Of a DNA stretch of 64,000 nt, positions 40,220-54,505 are shown in pieces; position 1 is the first letter of the stretch; every line of letters starts with the position of its first letter. The position numbers and the translations under genes are program-made. The notes beneath the pieces were generated by a model. The model was not told the DNA's origin. It made no database searches and saw only the letters and a program-made list of their open reading frames with translations. The stretch is from Eledone cirrhosa (lineage: Eukaryota), in assembly GCA_964016885.1 (NCBI GenBank), contig OZ024746.1:56482001-56546000 (forward strand), in the 5' to 3' direction.

Positions 40220-43200
40220 GTTTTTTTTTTTAGGTTTTTATCTATTTGTTTGTTTGTTTATGTTCGTCTAGAGCGTGACGGTGATGAAATCACTGGGAGT
40301 GATGAAATCACCGGTAGTTATGTAACCACACATTCACCGATCCTCGATATGAGTGCTTAAATATCGAACCTAAACAGTTCGAATAACGGTGAAGTGGAGA
40401 CTGGAATGTCATCTGACAGACTCTCACCCAGCAGGTGCCCCCTGACCCAGCAGCAGGGACCTGGCTGTCATCCAAATACTGCTGGTGTTGGAGGAAGAGT
40501 AAGAAGGAAAGGGAGCAGAACAAACAGGACGAAAGAAATGAATAGAGCTGTTATGCAATGTTACCTGAAGAGTAACACCAAGGAAAAAGGCTATAGGAAA
40601 CGGATGCATAACATCTGGAACGAGATTGGTCTATTTAAATTAGATGAACAAAATTGGCCGGGCAGGCTCGGGTAATAAGAACTAATGGGTGGATAAATGA
40701 GCTGGAACTGGAGGAAATGAGCAGAGAAATTAGGTTGGAAATGGAGCGTGGAGTATGCCAGGCAAACGAACCAGTGGGAAATGATGGTGAAGAGGTTGAT
40801 AGAACGAAGGAACCATCACAAGCAGAAAATGATCTGAATGCTGAAATAAATAATACCCGGAACAAAGATACCGCCATTGAGGAAATGAATGCTGACGGGC
40901 TAGGACAAGATTTGGTTGATATCCTAAACATAGTGGTAGATGAAATGAACAATGATATTGGGAAACATATGAACCTAAGATTTGTAGAGAGGAAAAAGTT
41001 AAAAGAAACAACAGCTAAGGTAAACAAAGTCATCCCATACCTTGACGCGAGGGGGCTTCACCAGTGCAACAATATCCTCAAAGCAACAGCAAATCCGGTG
41101 AGGAAATTACTTGGCATAAAAGCGAGAGGAAACAACGAACAAGAAAGATCAGAACATTGATGGAAGAAACGACTGAATGGTCAAATCAGGGAAATGAGAA
41201 ATGACATGGGAAATTTGAGGCCCTACTGAATGGGACACTAAAAAACATGGACACTAAAAATAGACTGGAAATAATGTACAAATCTAGGAGGAAAAAGCTA
41301 AATATTATCATAGAGGAACTGAAGCAACGCATTGTAGCAAAGAGTGCAACAATTAGGCGATACGTGAGCAGAGTCACTCAGTATAGACCGAACCGCATGT
41401 TTGACAACAACCAGAAGATGTTGTTTGGACAGCTTGAAGGGAAAGAAAGAGGCACCGACTTGATCCCTGAGGCGGAACATACTAAGACATTCTGGAGAGG
41501 AAAATGGGAGCAGGATGTTAAACATAATGACCAGGCAGTGTGGATTGAGACAGTAGAAAAGGAGATTAGTGAACAGGCGGACCAACAAACTGATTTGAGT
41601 ATCACAGTTGAAACTTTTAAGGGGCACGCTAAAAATATTAACCAACTGGAAATCACCAGGCCAAGACGGAGTGCAGGGGTATTGGATTAAAAATATGAAA
41701 TCCCTCCACCCAAAACTGACAATCATGTTCAATGACTGCTTGATGTCAGGTGAGGTACCAGAGTGGTTGACAAAGAGTACCACAGTTCTGGTAATGAAAG
41801 ACCGAATGAAGGGTAATGATGTTACCAACTATAGACCTATCACATGTCTGTCCGTAATGTGAAAAATGTTGACAAGCATTGTGTCTGAGGAAATCTACCA
41901 TCACCTCCACACAAACGACTTCTTGCCGGACGAACAGAAAGGATGCCGAAAGAAGTCCCATGGTACAAAGGACCAGTTACTTATTGATAAGATGGTAATG
42001 AGAAATTGCAAGTGGAGAAACACTGGCCTTGCCATGGGATCACCAAAAGCCTAGAGATCGTCAAGGTGGCAGATAACATGAGACAGTTGTCTAGCAAAAG
42101 TATGAAGTCCTGGAAAATAGAGTTAGCATCAGCTGGAGAATTCTTAGAGACGTGATGATCAAAAGATCTATCTTCCAGGGAGATAGTATATCCCCTCTGT
42201 TGTTTGTCCTTGCCCTGATGCCCCTGACCATTATACTGCGAAAAGTGAGAGCAGGATGCAAGTTGGGAAAGGGAGAGCTTACCATCACCTCCTCTTCATG
42301 GACGATATTAAGCTCTTCGGTAAGAGTGAGAAGGAGTTGGTGTACTTGTTGACACTGTCCGTATTCTCAACAATGATATATATATGCAATTTGGTATTAG
42401 TAAATGTGGAGTCCTTGTGATGAAGAGGGGTAAAGTGAGCAGAAGCAACGGAATCCAGGTACCAACAGGTGGGATGATGAAGGAAATTGTCAGTGAAGAA
42501 GGATACAAGTATTTGGGTGTTCTTGAGCCTGATGACATCAAGAACAAAAGAAATGAAGGAATTGATAAGATCTGAATAAATTCGTAGAGTAAGGAGCGTA
42601 TTAAAGTCATATCTGAAAAGTAAGAATGCCATAAGTGCAGTAAATTCCCGAGCTGTGTCTATTATTAGGTACAGTGCGGGAATTCTGAGATGGAATGTTG
42701 CTGAACAAAAAGAAATGGATAGGAAGACTAGGAAGCTATTGACTATCTACAACATGTTCCACAAGAGGAGTGATGTCGATAGATTCTACTTGACGAGATC
42801 TGAAGGTGGAAGAGGTCTTATCAGCATATCGGACTGTGTTCAGATGGAGAAATATAACCTACACAAATACGTGACTAATAGTAGGTAGGCTATGCTCAGA
42901 ATTGTACTGAAGGAGAGGACTTTAGACCAGAGTATGTGCAAGGAGGAAAAAACAAGGAGAAAGAGCAACCTACATGAAATATCTCTTCATAGTACTTTCT
43001 TTGAGAAAACTGAATTCAGAGATCCACAGACATGGTACTGTTTGAAAAGAGGAGACCTTAAAAAGGCTAAAGAAGGAATGCTAATGGCTGCGCAAGAGCA
43101 AGCCCTCAAAACGAAGTGGCTAAAACACCATATTTACAAGGAGGAAGCTAGCCCACTGTGCAGGATCTGTGGGGGAGAGAGGGGATTGTGACTCATATTG

Positions 43201-43793
43201 TATCCGAGTGTAAACACCTAACCCAGACTCATGGTCAGGGTGATCCACTGGCACCTATGCAAAGTAAACAATTTACCACATTCTCAGAAGTGGTATCAGC
43301 ATAAGCCAGAGTCGGTGATAGAAAACGATCAGGTGAAGGTGCTGTGGGATTTTAGGATACAGACTGACAAAAAACTGGAACACAATAGACCTGGACTGGT
43401 GGTTTTGGACAAGGTAAAAAGATCGCGCCTGATTGTGGTTGCGGCCTGCCCATTTGACACGAGAGTTCAAGAGAAGGACAGGGAGAAAATTAACCGGTAC
43501 CAGGACTTAAAGTGGGAGGTTAAAAGGATTTGGAACTGCCATGAAATCAAAGTGATCCCGATTGTCATAGGCGCACTGGGTACTATCTACAAAAGTTTCC
43601 AGGGATGGTTAAAGAAAATTGGCCCTGCCCCGCTTTTTGGAACACTTCAAAAAGCATGCTTGCTAGGAACAGCAAGAACCCTCCGATACGTCCTGAATAT
43701 CTGAGACTGCAAGTAGTGGCTTGATATTCATTTTAACAAACTTTCCAGTTAACCAACATCAATGACTGAGACTCAAAGAACAATAATAATAAT
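40220..43793 (+). mobile_element. R4/Dong-like RLE LINE, near full length, degraded
   Basis: N-terminal MNRAVMQCY..GYRKRM..W..EQ..QARVI domain; RT, CCHC and RLE pieces homologous to the 37.6-kb copy; same 3' UTR plus (AAT)n. Confidence 0.93.
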
Positions 43794-44988
43794 ATATACA
43801 CATGTATATATATATATATATATATATACACATGTATATATATATGCATATATAGATATATCCTCTCTGTACTGCAACTCATACTTGCGGCTTTTCATTG
43901 AGCCTGTTTTATGTTGTGTAAGCTCACCACTATTATTACGGCATTTTTCGAAAGGACGAAAATTACAAAATAATTGAAATTTTAACCCATAACTAGAAGT
44001 ATATTTTGCCTCCATGCGAATCACAAAAATATTTTCCCAATTTGTAAAACAAAACGAAGACAACAGTAATATTTCCTAACTCCTGATATATTAACACAGT
44101 TATCCAACATATTGAGTTACTTTCATCTTAGTCTTACTAATTGCAAAAACAAACACCTATTGTATCCTGAGCAAGCCACTCATGCATCTGAAAGCTGGGA
44201 TTCACTGAAATTATCTCCTCCCAAAAAGGCACCAGTTTTAAGTGCTGCAAAATATACTGAAATTGTGAAACGAAATGTGTAAAAATGTGTAAAGCTTTTA
44301 TCGAAGTTTGGCTCCCTGTCTTATACAGTCCTTTATGGGAATTTCAAAATTGTTTTCAACGATGAGTCTAACAGATACTTTATGAATGAGAAAGCATACT
44401 TGTGAAATTACCGTGTCTTCTTTAGGTAGTGATATTTATACGTGAATATATTTAAGCTAATGTTCAATATCTCATATTAGATGTTTAGTAATGATTAATA
44501 CGAAAAGCACTTAAACCGAATTAATTATCGTGTCGTCTTGAGTTCGTTATGAGTCTCTTTTTATAAAAGGATGCTACAGAGTGTACGATAGATAATGATT
44601 ACAATATGTTTGAGCAACCACTCTAGTCCCACACTGTTGAAGGTTTATTATAACATTATGTGGCTCTTTTGAGCTTGCGTATTTTTCAGGTCTAGTTTAA
44701 TATATGTTTAAAGCAACGCTTGTAATAACTCTAGTTAAACATGATATATATTAATAATAAATTATCGTTATGTTAGATTATATAATTGTTATTCTATAAA
44801 TGATCTTATAAATATTATTTTAAGATGTATAACATATTTTCAGGCGTTTAATATAAACTACTACAAAAAACAATCAATATTAAATATATATATTTTACAT
44901 AATAATTGTTATAGTTGAATTAATAAAAATTAAATATTACATACAAATAGTCTAACATAGTAATACAAAAACTAATCTAACATAATAA

Positions 44989-45172
44989 TAATTATTTCTA
45001 CTTTTAGGCACAAGGCCAGCAAATATCCAGTACATTAAGTGTACTGTATTTTATCGACCTCGTAAGGATGAAAGACCAAGTTAACCTCGGCGGGATTTGA
45101 CCTCAGACTGTAAAGGGACGTAACTATGCTAGAAAGCATGGCCTCCAACCGATACTGCCAATTCAGCGCCCT
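44989..45172 (-). mobile_element. tRNA-derived SINE (family A)
   Basis: Reverse complement matches the 1064-1258 copy. Confidence 0.8.
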
Positions 45173-45835
45173 TCTAACATAACAAGTACATATGTTGTTG
45201 AGGTGTATAATATTGTCAATACTCTGATATGCCCAGTTCATGGTTGGGTTGTTATTTCATTGAGGAACTGGAATCATATATAGCGAATTAGATTTTAATG
45301 AGACTAATTTTAGGAGAATGGGAATAATTATTTAAGGAAATATTTAAACATGTTTGCCTTAACGATGTGGACATTCATTTGTATCTAATGTGCTGACTGT
45401 AGATGGGGAAATAGTTTTATTTCTAAAGAGTAGATATGTTTCCGAGTTCATACGAAGCACGGTGACACCAATAACATATCACTGATGTTTTACAAGTGTT
45501 TCTCACGACATCTGCCTTCAAATCCCTATTTCATACACATATCTCAGAGCAATATAATATGCGTATATATTTGAGAAGTACATTCTGCACATATTTCTGC
45601 CTATAAGCGAATAAATATAATTTTATATGACACATACCATATTTTACCCGAAGTAGGATTTGAAGAATCATCCATGAAACCTATTAGTTATCACATCAGA
45701 GAAAAGTAGGAGGCACATTTACAAATAACTTTTCACAATCTTAAAAAATGGAAGAATACATTGCTATTGTAGTACTTGATATTCCAATAAAGATACGTTT
45801 GCTATGGGTGAAATGCTATATATCATTTTATATAT

Positions 45836-46668
45836 AATAAATTCATAGGGATATATATGTATATATTTAGACATAGTCACAAATACATATATGAGTGTGG
45901 CTACCCTTCACGGTGTGTCCAATGAAACATTTAATTAAGCAAATAATTATAAATCAGAGCTATATATAAAATTGGAAGTTTGAAGAATTATTAGATAAAC
46001 TATACACAGTCTTTTCTCACCCTAGTCCATAGGAATCAACCAGATAAATAATCATTTAAACGAGGGTATAAGTTTAAAATGAAACTATGAAGAAATAATA
46101 GACAGACTATTTTCCGCCAGGAACAGTCAGATAAAATGTATCTAGTCATTCCTTTTAGCCTGTAGAAATTAACTAGACAAATAATCAATTAAACGGAGCT
46201 AGGTCTAAAATATAAGTTAGAAGAAAACAATGCATATAAACTTTACCAAAATCCCTCTAGTCCCGACTGTCCACAGTTTCGCTCGTCCTTTGTGGATATA
46301 TCCGATCCTTGTATTATCCATGAGGCTTGGAGCTTATCATGAGACTCCTCAAGTTTGGACGAAAATTTCTACAGTGATCACCGCCAGAAATGAATTCAAA
46401 CATAGGTAAGAATCATCACGTGTCTAGTGGTAAGATTAGAAGGTTGTGAATGGTGGCCAGGCGGCATGTAGGTTGGCTGCTAGAAAGTGCAGCCAGATAC
46501 TGCCTAAAGTGTTACTCTACCTTACGGGAGTATATATTAAATTCATAGGGATATATATAGTTAGACATAGTCACAGATACATATATGTGTGTGGCTACCT
46601 TTCACGGTGTGGCTCAATGGAACATCTAATTAAGCAAATAATTATTTATCAGAGTTATATATAAAATT
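45836..46668. repeat. ~135-bp direct repeats flanking a subrepeated interior
   Basis: 45836-45975 resembles 46537-46668; interior 45965-46225 resembles 6305-6402. Confidence 0.7.
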
Positions 46669-46704
46669 GTAATGTGTGTGTCTGTGTGTGTGTATGTGTG
46701 TGTG

Positions 46705-46751
<47 letters not shown>

Positions 46752-46969
46752 CTGTGTGTGTGTGGGGGGGGGGTTAGTTTGTGTGTATGTGTGTGTAAAA
46801 CATTTCAGTCCTAGCAAAACCATTTTGATTTGAATATCAAGAACTACAGTGTGTATGTATCCTTCCATATATATATATATAAGGAAATAAAGAGAGAAAC
46901 TTCCATATAAACACATATATATAGAGAGACATTTCTTCTCACACAAATAGACACATAGACAAACACACA

Positions 46970-47074
<105 letters not shown>

Positions 47075-47629
47075 ACATATATATAATAGTCGTAGTTATT
47101 TTAATACATATCATAATCTCCATGGTAACAGAACTCCTCTGGGCAAATTTTAGCTGTTTACATGCTAAATAAGGCGAATCATTTTACTTTGATTTTTCTA
47201 GCATCACGGTACAACAAACAGCAACAAACATTCTAATGGGAGGGAATTTTGCCAAAACGAAAAGTAATTATTTGTTCTGTGAAGGCTATCTAAATTCCAT
47301 ATAAAAATTTCAAAGTGTTAAGTTGATTGGAAACCAAAGCCACATTTTCTCAAAACAATGACTGTATTTTTTCATATTTTATATCTGTTTATGTCAGCCT
47401 ACATTAAAGTTTACTAGTTTGATATTTCTTAAAATATATTTTATTTATAAGAAGATATAAACTTATATAAATAATTTACTTTCTTCGTTACAAGGCATCA
47501 AATACTGTTTGATAATGTAGATAAATTGAGTTGTGCTAGTCGAACCACTGTTAGTCAATGTATACAAATGTATGAAAATACAAAAGTGCTTATTTAAGAG
47601 TAATTTAGATCTGAATATATTTCCAGTTG

Positions 47630-47885
47630 TGTTGCGTATTTGGGCATGTGGTTAGAATGCCTCAGGAAAGAATTGCTGGTCAGAATTTACGGGCGAATCA
47701 AATAGGTAGCACACCAAGGGGTAGGCCCCGAGCAAGATGGTTGGATAACATCCATGAGCTTGACTGGTAACGCTTGGGGATCCAACCAGATCAGTTGGGG
47801 ACGGTTGCTTGCGACAGGACCCGCCGAAGGTAGTGTTTGAGGACGTTTCCCCCACGACTATACCAGCAATAAGTGGACGAACAAA
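47630..47885 (+). mobile_element. RTE LINE extreme 3' fragment
   Basis: LRYFGHVVRMPQER..PRGRP; similar to 13605-13855. Confidence 0.7.
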
Positions 47886-48218
47886 AAAAATATATTGCCG
47901 AAAAATGATTTCCTACATTTATGTTCGCACGTATCCTTTTTTGATGCTACATACTCATAATATATATGTTATTCTTTGCCTCGGGGTAGTTTGTACGTGT
48001 GCTTTCGACTAGGCATAAGTCACAAATAATTAACAATCAATCACGCTTCACAGTTATAGAATCTGGAGAATATATTGCCATTGTAAATTTTGATATACTA
48101 TAAATGCAGTTGTTGACGTGTCTGACATGAATTGAAACACATGCTTCGGTAGGAAATATGGAAATATGATAATTACACATGATGTTACAGATATATGTGA
48201 TGAAAGACCTTTATGTGT

Positions 48219-48247
<29 letters not shown>

Positions 48248-48250
<3 letters not shown>

Positions 48251-48507
48251 TAGCAATGTAAGTTAATGCCGTATTCTGACTAAAGAAATTAAAGAAATTA
48301 TTTAGCCTGATAGTGGGGTTAAGAACCCTCGGAGAAATGGAAAAAGATGAGTATTGACGTACAATACTCATCTTTTTCCATTTCTCCGAGGGTTCTTAAC
48401 CCCACTATCAGGCTAAATAATTTCTTTAATTTCTTTAGTCAAAATACGGCGATAACTTACATTTCTAATAATTTCAAACCCACTCGCTGTTTCGAAAATA
48501 TTCTTAC
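48248..48507. repeat. Near-perfect ~110-bp-arm hairpin plus tail in (TA)n
   Basis: Arms 48248-48356 / 48362-48470, 5-nt loop ACGTA, unique ~37-nt tail. Confidence 0.92.
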
Positions 48508-48564
48508 ATATATATATACATACATACGCATATGTTTATATGCATACAAATATGTATGTATATT

Positions 48565-48719
<155 letters not shown>

Positions 48720-49261
48720 AGGAAATCAATGAACGACTATATAGGCAAACACATTTGTATTCGCTGACAATCTTTCATCCATAACATTATAGCAAGATAT
48801 GAGAATATAAGTAGATTTTGACACAAGAAACAGAGGCATGTGAAAGTACACAAAAGCAATTAAAAGCAATTAAATATAATTGAAAAAGAGAGAAAAAGAA
48901 ATTGAGGCACGTGAAGGCACACAAAAGCAATAAAAGAAGGTATGCATTGGTCACTATAGAAGACAGGTGGGTTAGTTTTCCATGACTTAGAGTCATACAG
49001 TATCAAATGAGAAACAGAGGCAAGTGAATGCACACAGAATCAAGTAACTGATACATGCACTATGCACCATAGGAGACAGGTAAGGCAAATTAATTTCACA
49101 TGACTTAGAGTTATAGGTCTTATCTGCCCTAACCATGGGCTCATAGGGCAAATAACAGGGCCTACGAACATCACAATAGTCAATATTAGAATGTTTATCA
49201 GCGAGAAATAATTCACACAGTATTCCCTGCGATGCAGAGCTCGGCATATATATATATATAT

Positions 49262-51923
49262 ATATGATGGCTGCCCCCTCGTTATCGAGTATGGCCATTG
49301 CACGAGGATAAAAAAAAAAAAGAAATATATATATATATACACACATACATACACATATATACACACACATACATATACACACACATATACATTAATAATA
49401 ATAATAATAACAACAATAATTATAACGACAACAACAATATAAATATACATATACATATATATATATACACACACACGCACACACATGAACATATCTATAT
49501 ACACACACACACACACGGTAGCAACTAACAGCGCTGCGATGGAATGTGGCTTTTTAGCCCAGCCAATGATCTAAAATGTCTTGCACAGAGTCGGCAACCA
49601 AAACACTCACTGGGAATAGTCGGCTGTGGTTGGAGTTCGTGTAATTTTGCATGTCGCTTGAGCCCTCCTGCTGATTTACATTATCTACCACATGTTTGGC
49701 AAGCATGATGAGTAGCATCTCCAACAGCAGACTGGTAGTCAACCACTGGTCTTACTTTATGACTGCGAAGATGACTTTCGAGTCCAGCTTTGCTTAGACA
49801 GAGTCTCGCACCGACGCTGCATGTCAGCACCATATGAGGACTCTCGCTGTCTGGAAGTGCAACAGCAATGCCCTTCCTCACATCCCGCTTTACTTTCTCC
49901 TATGCGATTCGAGATGCCTCAAAGGCAACTTTTCCCTCAAATACAGTCTTTCTCCATTTATTACGATCAGCAGCAATATTTTCCCATGTATCAGCAGAGA
50001 TGTTAGCGTCTTTCAGAGAGGCTTTCAAGGAATCGTTATACCTCTTTTTTGGTTTATGTGGCGGTCGGTTTCCTTTATCCAACTCTCCATAAAAGAGTTG
50101 TTTTGGTAATCTAGAATCCTTCATCCTGGCAAGGTGACCACTCCAACGGAGTCGTTGCTTAGGCACAAGTGCTTCTACACTATCACACATAGAGCTTTCC
50201 AAAATCTCGACATAACTGTTGTGGTCCCTCCAGTGAACGCCATGGATCCGTCTGAGACACATCTGATGGAAACGCTCCAATTGGTTAAGGTGGTGTCGAT
50301 ATGTGACCCAGGTCTCGCAGGCAAGCGACCACACATGCCCTGTGCACATTTACCTTTGTCCTCCTGCATATGTCTCGCCGACCCCAGAGTCGCCTTTCTA
50401 GCTTTCCGAAAGCATCACTTGCTTTCCTAATTCTAAGTGAGATTTCACTGTCAAGGTTGCTTTATCGATTGACAGTGCTTCCCAGGTAGACAAACTGATC
50501 AACCACTCCAAGTCATTTGCCATACACATAGATGTTTGGTTCAGTGTACTGCTTACCAGGGGCAGGTTGGTACATGACGACGGTTTTCTTGAGACTGACA
50601 GTCAATCCTAGGGCAGTGCAAGCGTCAGAAAATGCATTCAAAATGTGCTGCATATCTCTATCTGTGTGCGCTACAAGATCGCAATCATCTGCATACAAGA
50701 GGTCTCTTATGATTGATGTAAATACTTTTATCTTTGCAACAAAGCGCCTTATGGTTATACGCTGCCTGAGGTTCGATATCGGATGTAAACACCATGCTCG
50801 CAATTCCTGAATGCAATACAGAAAACCATTGCAAAGTATATGGCAAACAGGGTCGGTGCTGGAATATCCCCCTGTTTCACTCCATTTTTTAGTGTGATAG
50901 GCTCCGACATGTTACCTCCGACATTAACCCAAGCCTTCATATCGTCATGGAAAGACCTAACTAAAGCAAGGAACTTATCAGGGCAATCAAGCTTCTGGAG
51001 AACCGTCCAAATGCATCTCTGTTAACAGTATCGAAAGCTTTTGTCAGATCGACAAAAACCTGATACAGATCCAAGCCTTGTTCCATGCACTTCTGCCGGA
51101 GCTGTCTAGCTGAGAAGATCATATCAGTAGTGCCGCGTCCAGCACGAAAACCAGATTGACTTTCAAGGAGAACACAATCTGCAATGTGTGTAAGCAGACG
51201 GTCCAGAAGCACCCTACATAAAACTTTCCCTACGACAGAAAGCAATGATATACCTCTGTAGTTCCCACAATCATTCCTGTCACCCTTTCCCTTGTACAAG
51301 ACCACCATTAATGCATCTCTCCAGTCCTCAGGTACGGATTCATTAGCCCATATCCTGCCAAACAAAGAGTGAAGATGTTGCAGGAGTATCTCACCACCAT
51401 ATTGTAGGAGCTCAGCGTGTATGCCATCCATACCTGGAGATCTTCCACTGTTCAGCTTCGAAATAGCCACTGCAACCTCCACCAGCGTCGGAGGTTCTGC
51501 GAGAGCTACTTTCACAGGACTTTCTGGAATGAGATTGAAGAAATCTTCACTGACGACAGACAGCTGATTCAAATGATCATCAAAGTGCTCTCGCTACCTT
51601 CGTAGAATTCCTTGTGAGACACGAAGAAGTTCTTTGCCATCCTTGCTGCGAAGCGGTGTCACCAGAGAAGAAGACGGTTCATAAACCTCACGCAAGAGAC
51701 TGTACAACAGCTTTGTGTTATTGGAATCTGACGCAGTTTGTATCTCACCAGCCTTCTCACTCCACCACTGATCCTTCATCTGAGAAAGACTCCGCCTAAC
51801 ACGTGATTTTACATCCTTGTGTTCCCCATGCACCGTATTCCTCTCCTGTGGTTTTGCCGTCAAGTAGCGTGACAGAGCACGTCTCTTATCAGCCAACAAG
51901 TCTTCTATATGTACATCATTCTC
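49262..51923 (-). mobile_element. RTE (BovB-like) LINE, 5'-truncated, disrupted
   Basis: SPGMDG, GNYRGISLLS, ESQSGFR, DLTKAFD, GVKQGD, LLYADD, RLRWSGHL.RM..SRLPKQ, C-terminal zinc fingers; 3' end motif at 49262-49302 separated from the body by a microsatellite. Confidence 0.9.
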
Positions 51924-51954
51924 ATATATATATATATATATACGCACCTGAACA

Positions 51955-51986
<32 letters not shown>

Positions 51987-54073
51987 CGTATACATAGGTT
52001 TTCGTATGTATAGATAGTTAGACAGAAAGAGATAAATAGATACCTAGCTTGCTACATGGATATAGAGATATATAGATTCATATATAGATAGATAGATAGA
52101 TACTACATCCATCTGTATAATTATAGAGTTCTTTTCTAATTAAATTAGCTCTTAAAACTTTTTTGTGTGTCACGATATGATTTGAGATTTTCATTCTCGT
52201 AGAATCGTTAATGAGAACGGTGTTAACTTTAAAGTACCACAATCTATTTTCAGACAATTTCTCCAACCTTTAAATATTTATTTCTTTATTCCTCTTTTGG
52301 CATGCCATTCCTGTGACCTATTTTGTTCACAAAAGTTCCAAATTCGTTTCTCGATTTTTTTATTTTATTTTTCGTGACATTTTTTTAAAAAATAAGTGTA
52401 TGTTTTGTGATACACCTTGCGTATTTAAAACATTTATTTTTACTTTCGATTTCATTAATTTGATATATAGATATTTGCATTGCTGTCCGATCAACGAGCT
52501 TCGTCCCAATTATCACTTGAATATATTGTGCGTTCCATTGGCTAACACTCATCTGCAGGTATCATCTACATTATGTTGGCTATAGTGAAGATTCCCCGGA
52601 GCAGGCTCTGGTTTTTTTTACAATTGGGATTGATGTATTATGTCGAATTTCATCACTATATTATCCTCGTGTTCAGAACCAACTTTTGTTTAACTAAAAT
52701 CTTAAAAGATTTAGGAGTGAATTGCTTGAACTGGTGCTAGTGAGACTATTTCCGGATAATTGGATGCTATATTGATAATATCAAACAGATCTATATTCGT
52801 TTAATATTTGTAGTTGGGTGTTTGCACAAGATCGCGTGGATGGTTATTCAATGTATGAGGCGTAATGCAAGACGTTTCATTTTGCCTTCTTATTTGAGAT
52901 AGGCGCGAATCACTTAAGAATCCTTCTATGAGATACAATATTATAAGACGAAAGCTAAATATACACAGAAGTAAATTCAAGTTTTCCTTTTACGATCGAC
53001 TGTATAGCGTATTAGTTATGCCCCAGGTGATGAGTCAAACACACTAGACATGGCTACACCATTTACGAACGTTTACAGACAATCACAATGGAGAACAATA
53101 AGAAGGTATTGCTTGACACCAATATTGGCGCAAGTGGGGCACTTGTCAGCTAAGAGGAAACTAACTCCTTCTATTCGGTCATGAACCCATATATGAAACC
53201 AACAAGTGAGGCGATTTCTCAATTTGTACTCATTAGTCTTCTAATGTATATGATAGATTGTGTGCAGTGATCAATATTTCAGAATTAATGGTGTTCAATT
53301 GCATCCGTATAAGTTTCAGCAATCTCTACGCAATAACAATATATAGCGGTCAGACATGAATTCATTAACTTATGTTTGTGAGTCTAACACGCTATCGAGT
53401 ACAAGGCCATGAGATTTCACACATCGCCAAAATATCGAGTTGGTTCACTATCAGTACCAGGTGCAATTGGTTTAGCTGAATTGATCAACCAAAGCGCATG
53501 TTCGTTATTTTAACATACAAGTTGATCATCCTTCCACAGTCATTGGCTCGCTTTGTGAGCTGTCATGGTAATTCGTCCTAATAAAATATGTAAGTATTTT
53601 ATCCTTTGACTCACAAATAGAATTCGCTTTTTCAGCCGTGGTTAAAGGGAAAACGTGAAAAAAATCGTCTTCTTCAATGACATACCACGAGGACAAGAAT
53701 CGAACCCATGGCATTACATTACATTACTAAACTACACGACTTCCCTCATCACCTATTTATTGTGAAATAAATAAAAACAAATCTCATGCGTTCCATGTCT
53801 GGCCGCCAAAGAATCTAGCATGAATCTAGTATAAAGAATTCTTCAAACATATAACATACATTTAATTCAACACATTTGTTACAAATGTCTCTCATAACCA
53901 ATTTATTTCACTGCAATGGAATTGAATGCTGTAACTATCTAGTAGGAATTACCACACTGTCGTGGAATGGATTTACTGTCTCCTGTGGTATTTATGCATT
54001 GCACATTTTGTATTACACCCCACCACACGCACACATACATACATACGTATATCTATATATATATATATATATC

Positions 54074-54103
<30 letters not shown>

Positions 54104-54105
<2 letters not shown>

Positions 54106-54505
54106 AACGGAAAAAATGAAACGAAATTTCATTTCCCACTCTTAGCACGGCTGTTACTTAAATATAAGTATGTACACGTACATACATATATGTATACAGG
54201 CGTACAGTAGTATGTATATATATATACATACATGCACACATATATATATGTACGTATGGATTTACCGAACATTTATTATAATGCTCGGTGTGTTTGTAAA
54301 CAAACATCCCGTATTAAGCCGTAGTGTCCAGCAACCATCGTTGCTCGTTTGTTCAACACTGACAAAAAGGAACGTTCCTTTGTTGCAGCGAGCATTATAA
54401 TAAATGTTCGGTAAATCCATACGTACATATATATATGTGTGCATGTATGTATATATATATACATACTACTGTACGTCTGTATACATATATGTAAGTACCT
54501 GTACA

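Noticed and set aside
48820-49110. Short imperfect direct repeats (GAGGCA.GTGAA..CACA; CATGACTTAGAGT)
   Set aside because: Too degenerate to assign; probably local duplications in an old repeat.
52480-53530. Possible transposase or exon remnant in a complex-sequence patch
   Set aside because: No sustained ORF or convincing motif could be read by eye; BLASTX is needed.
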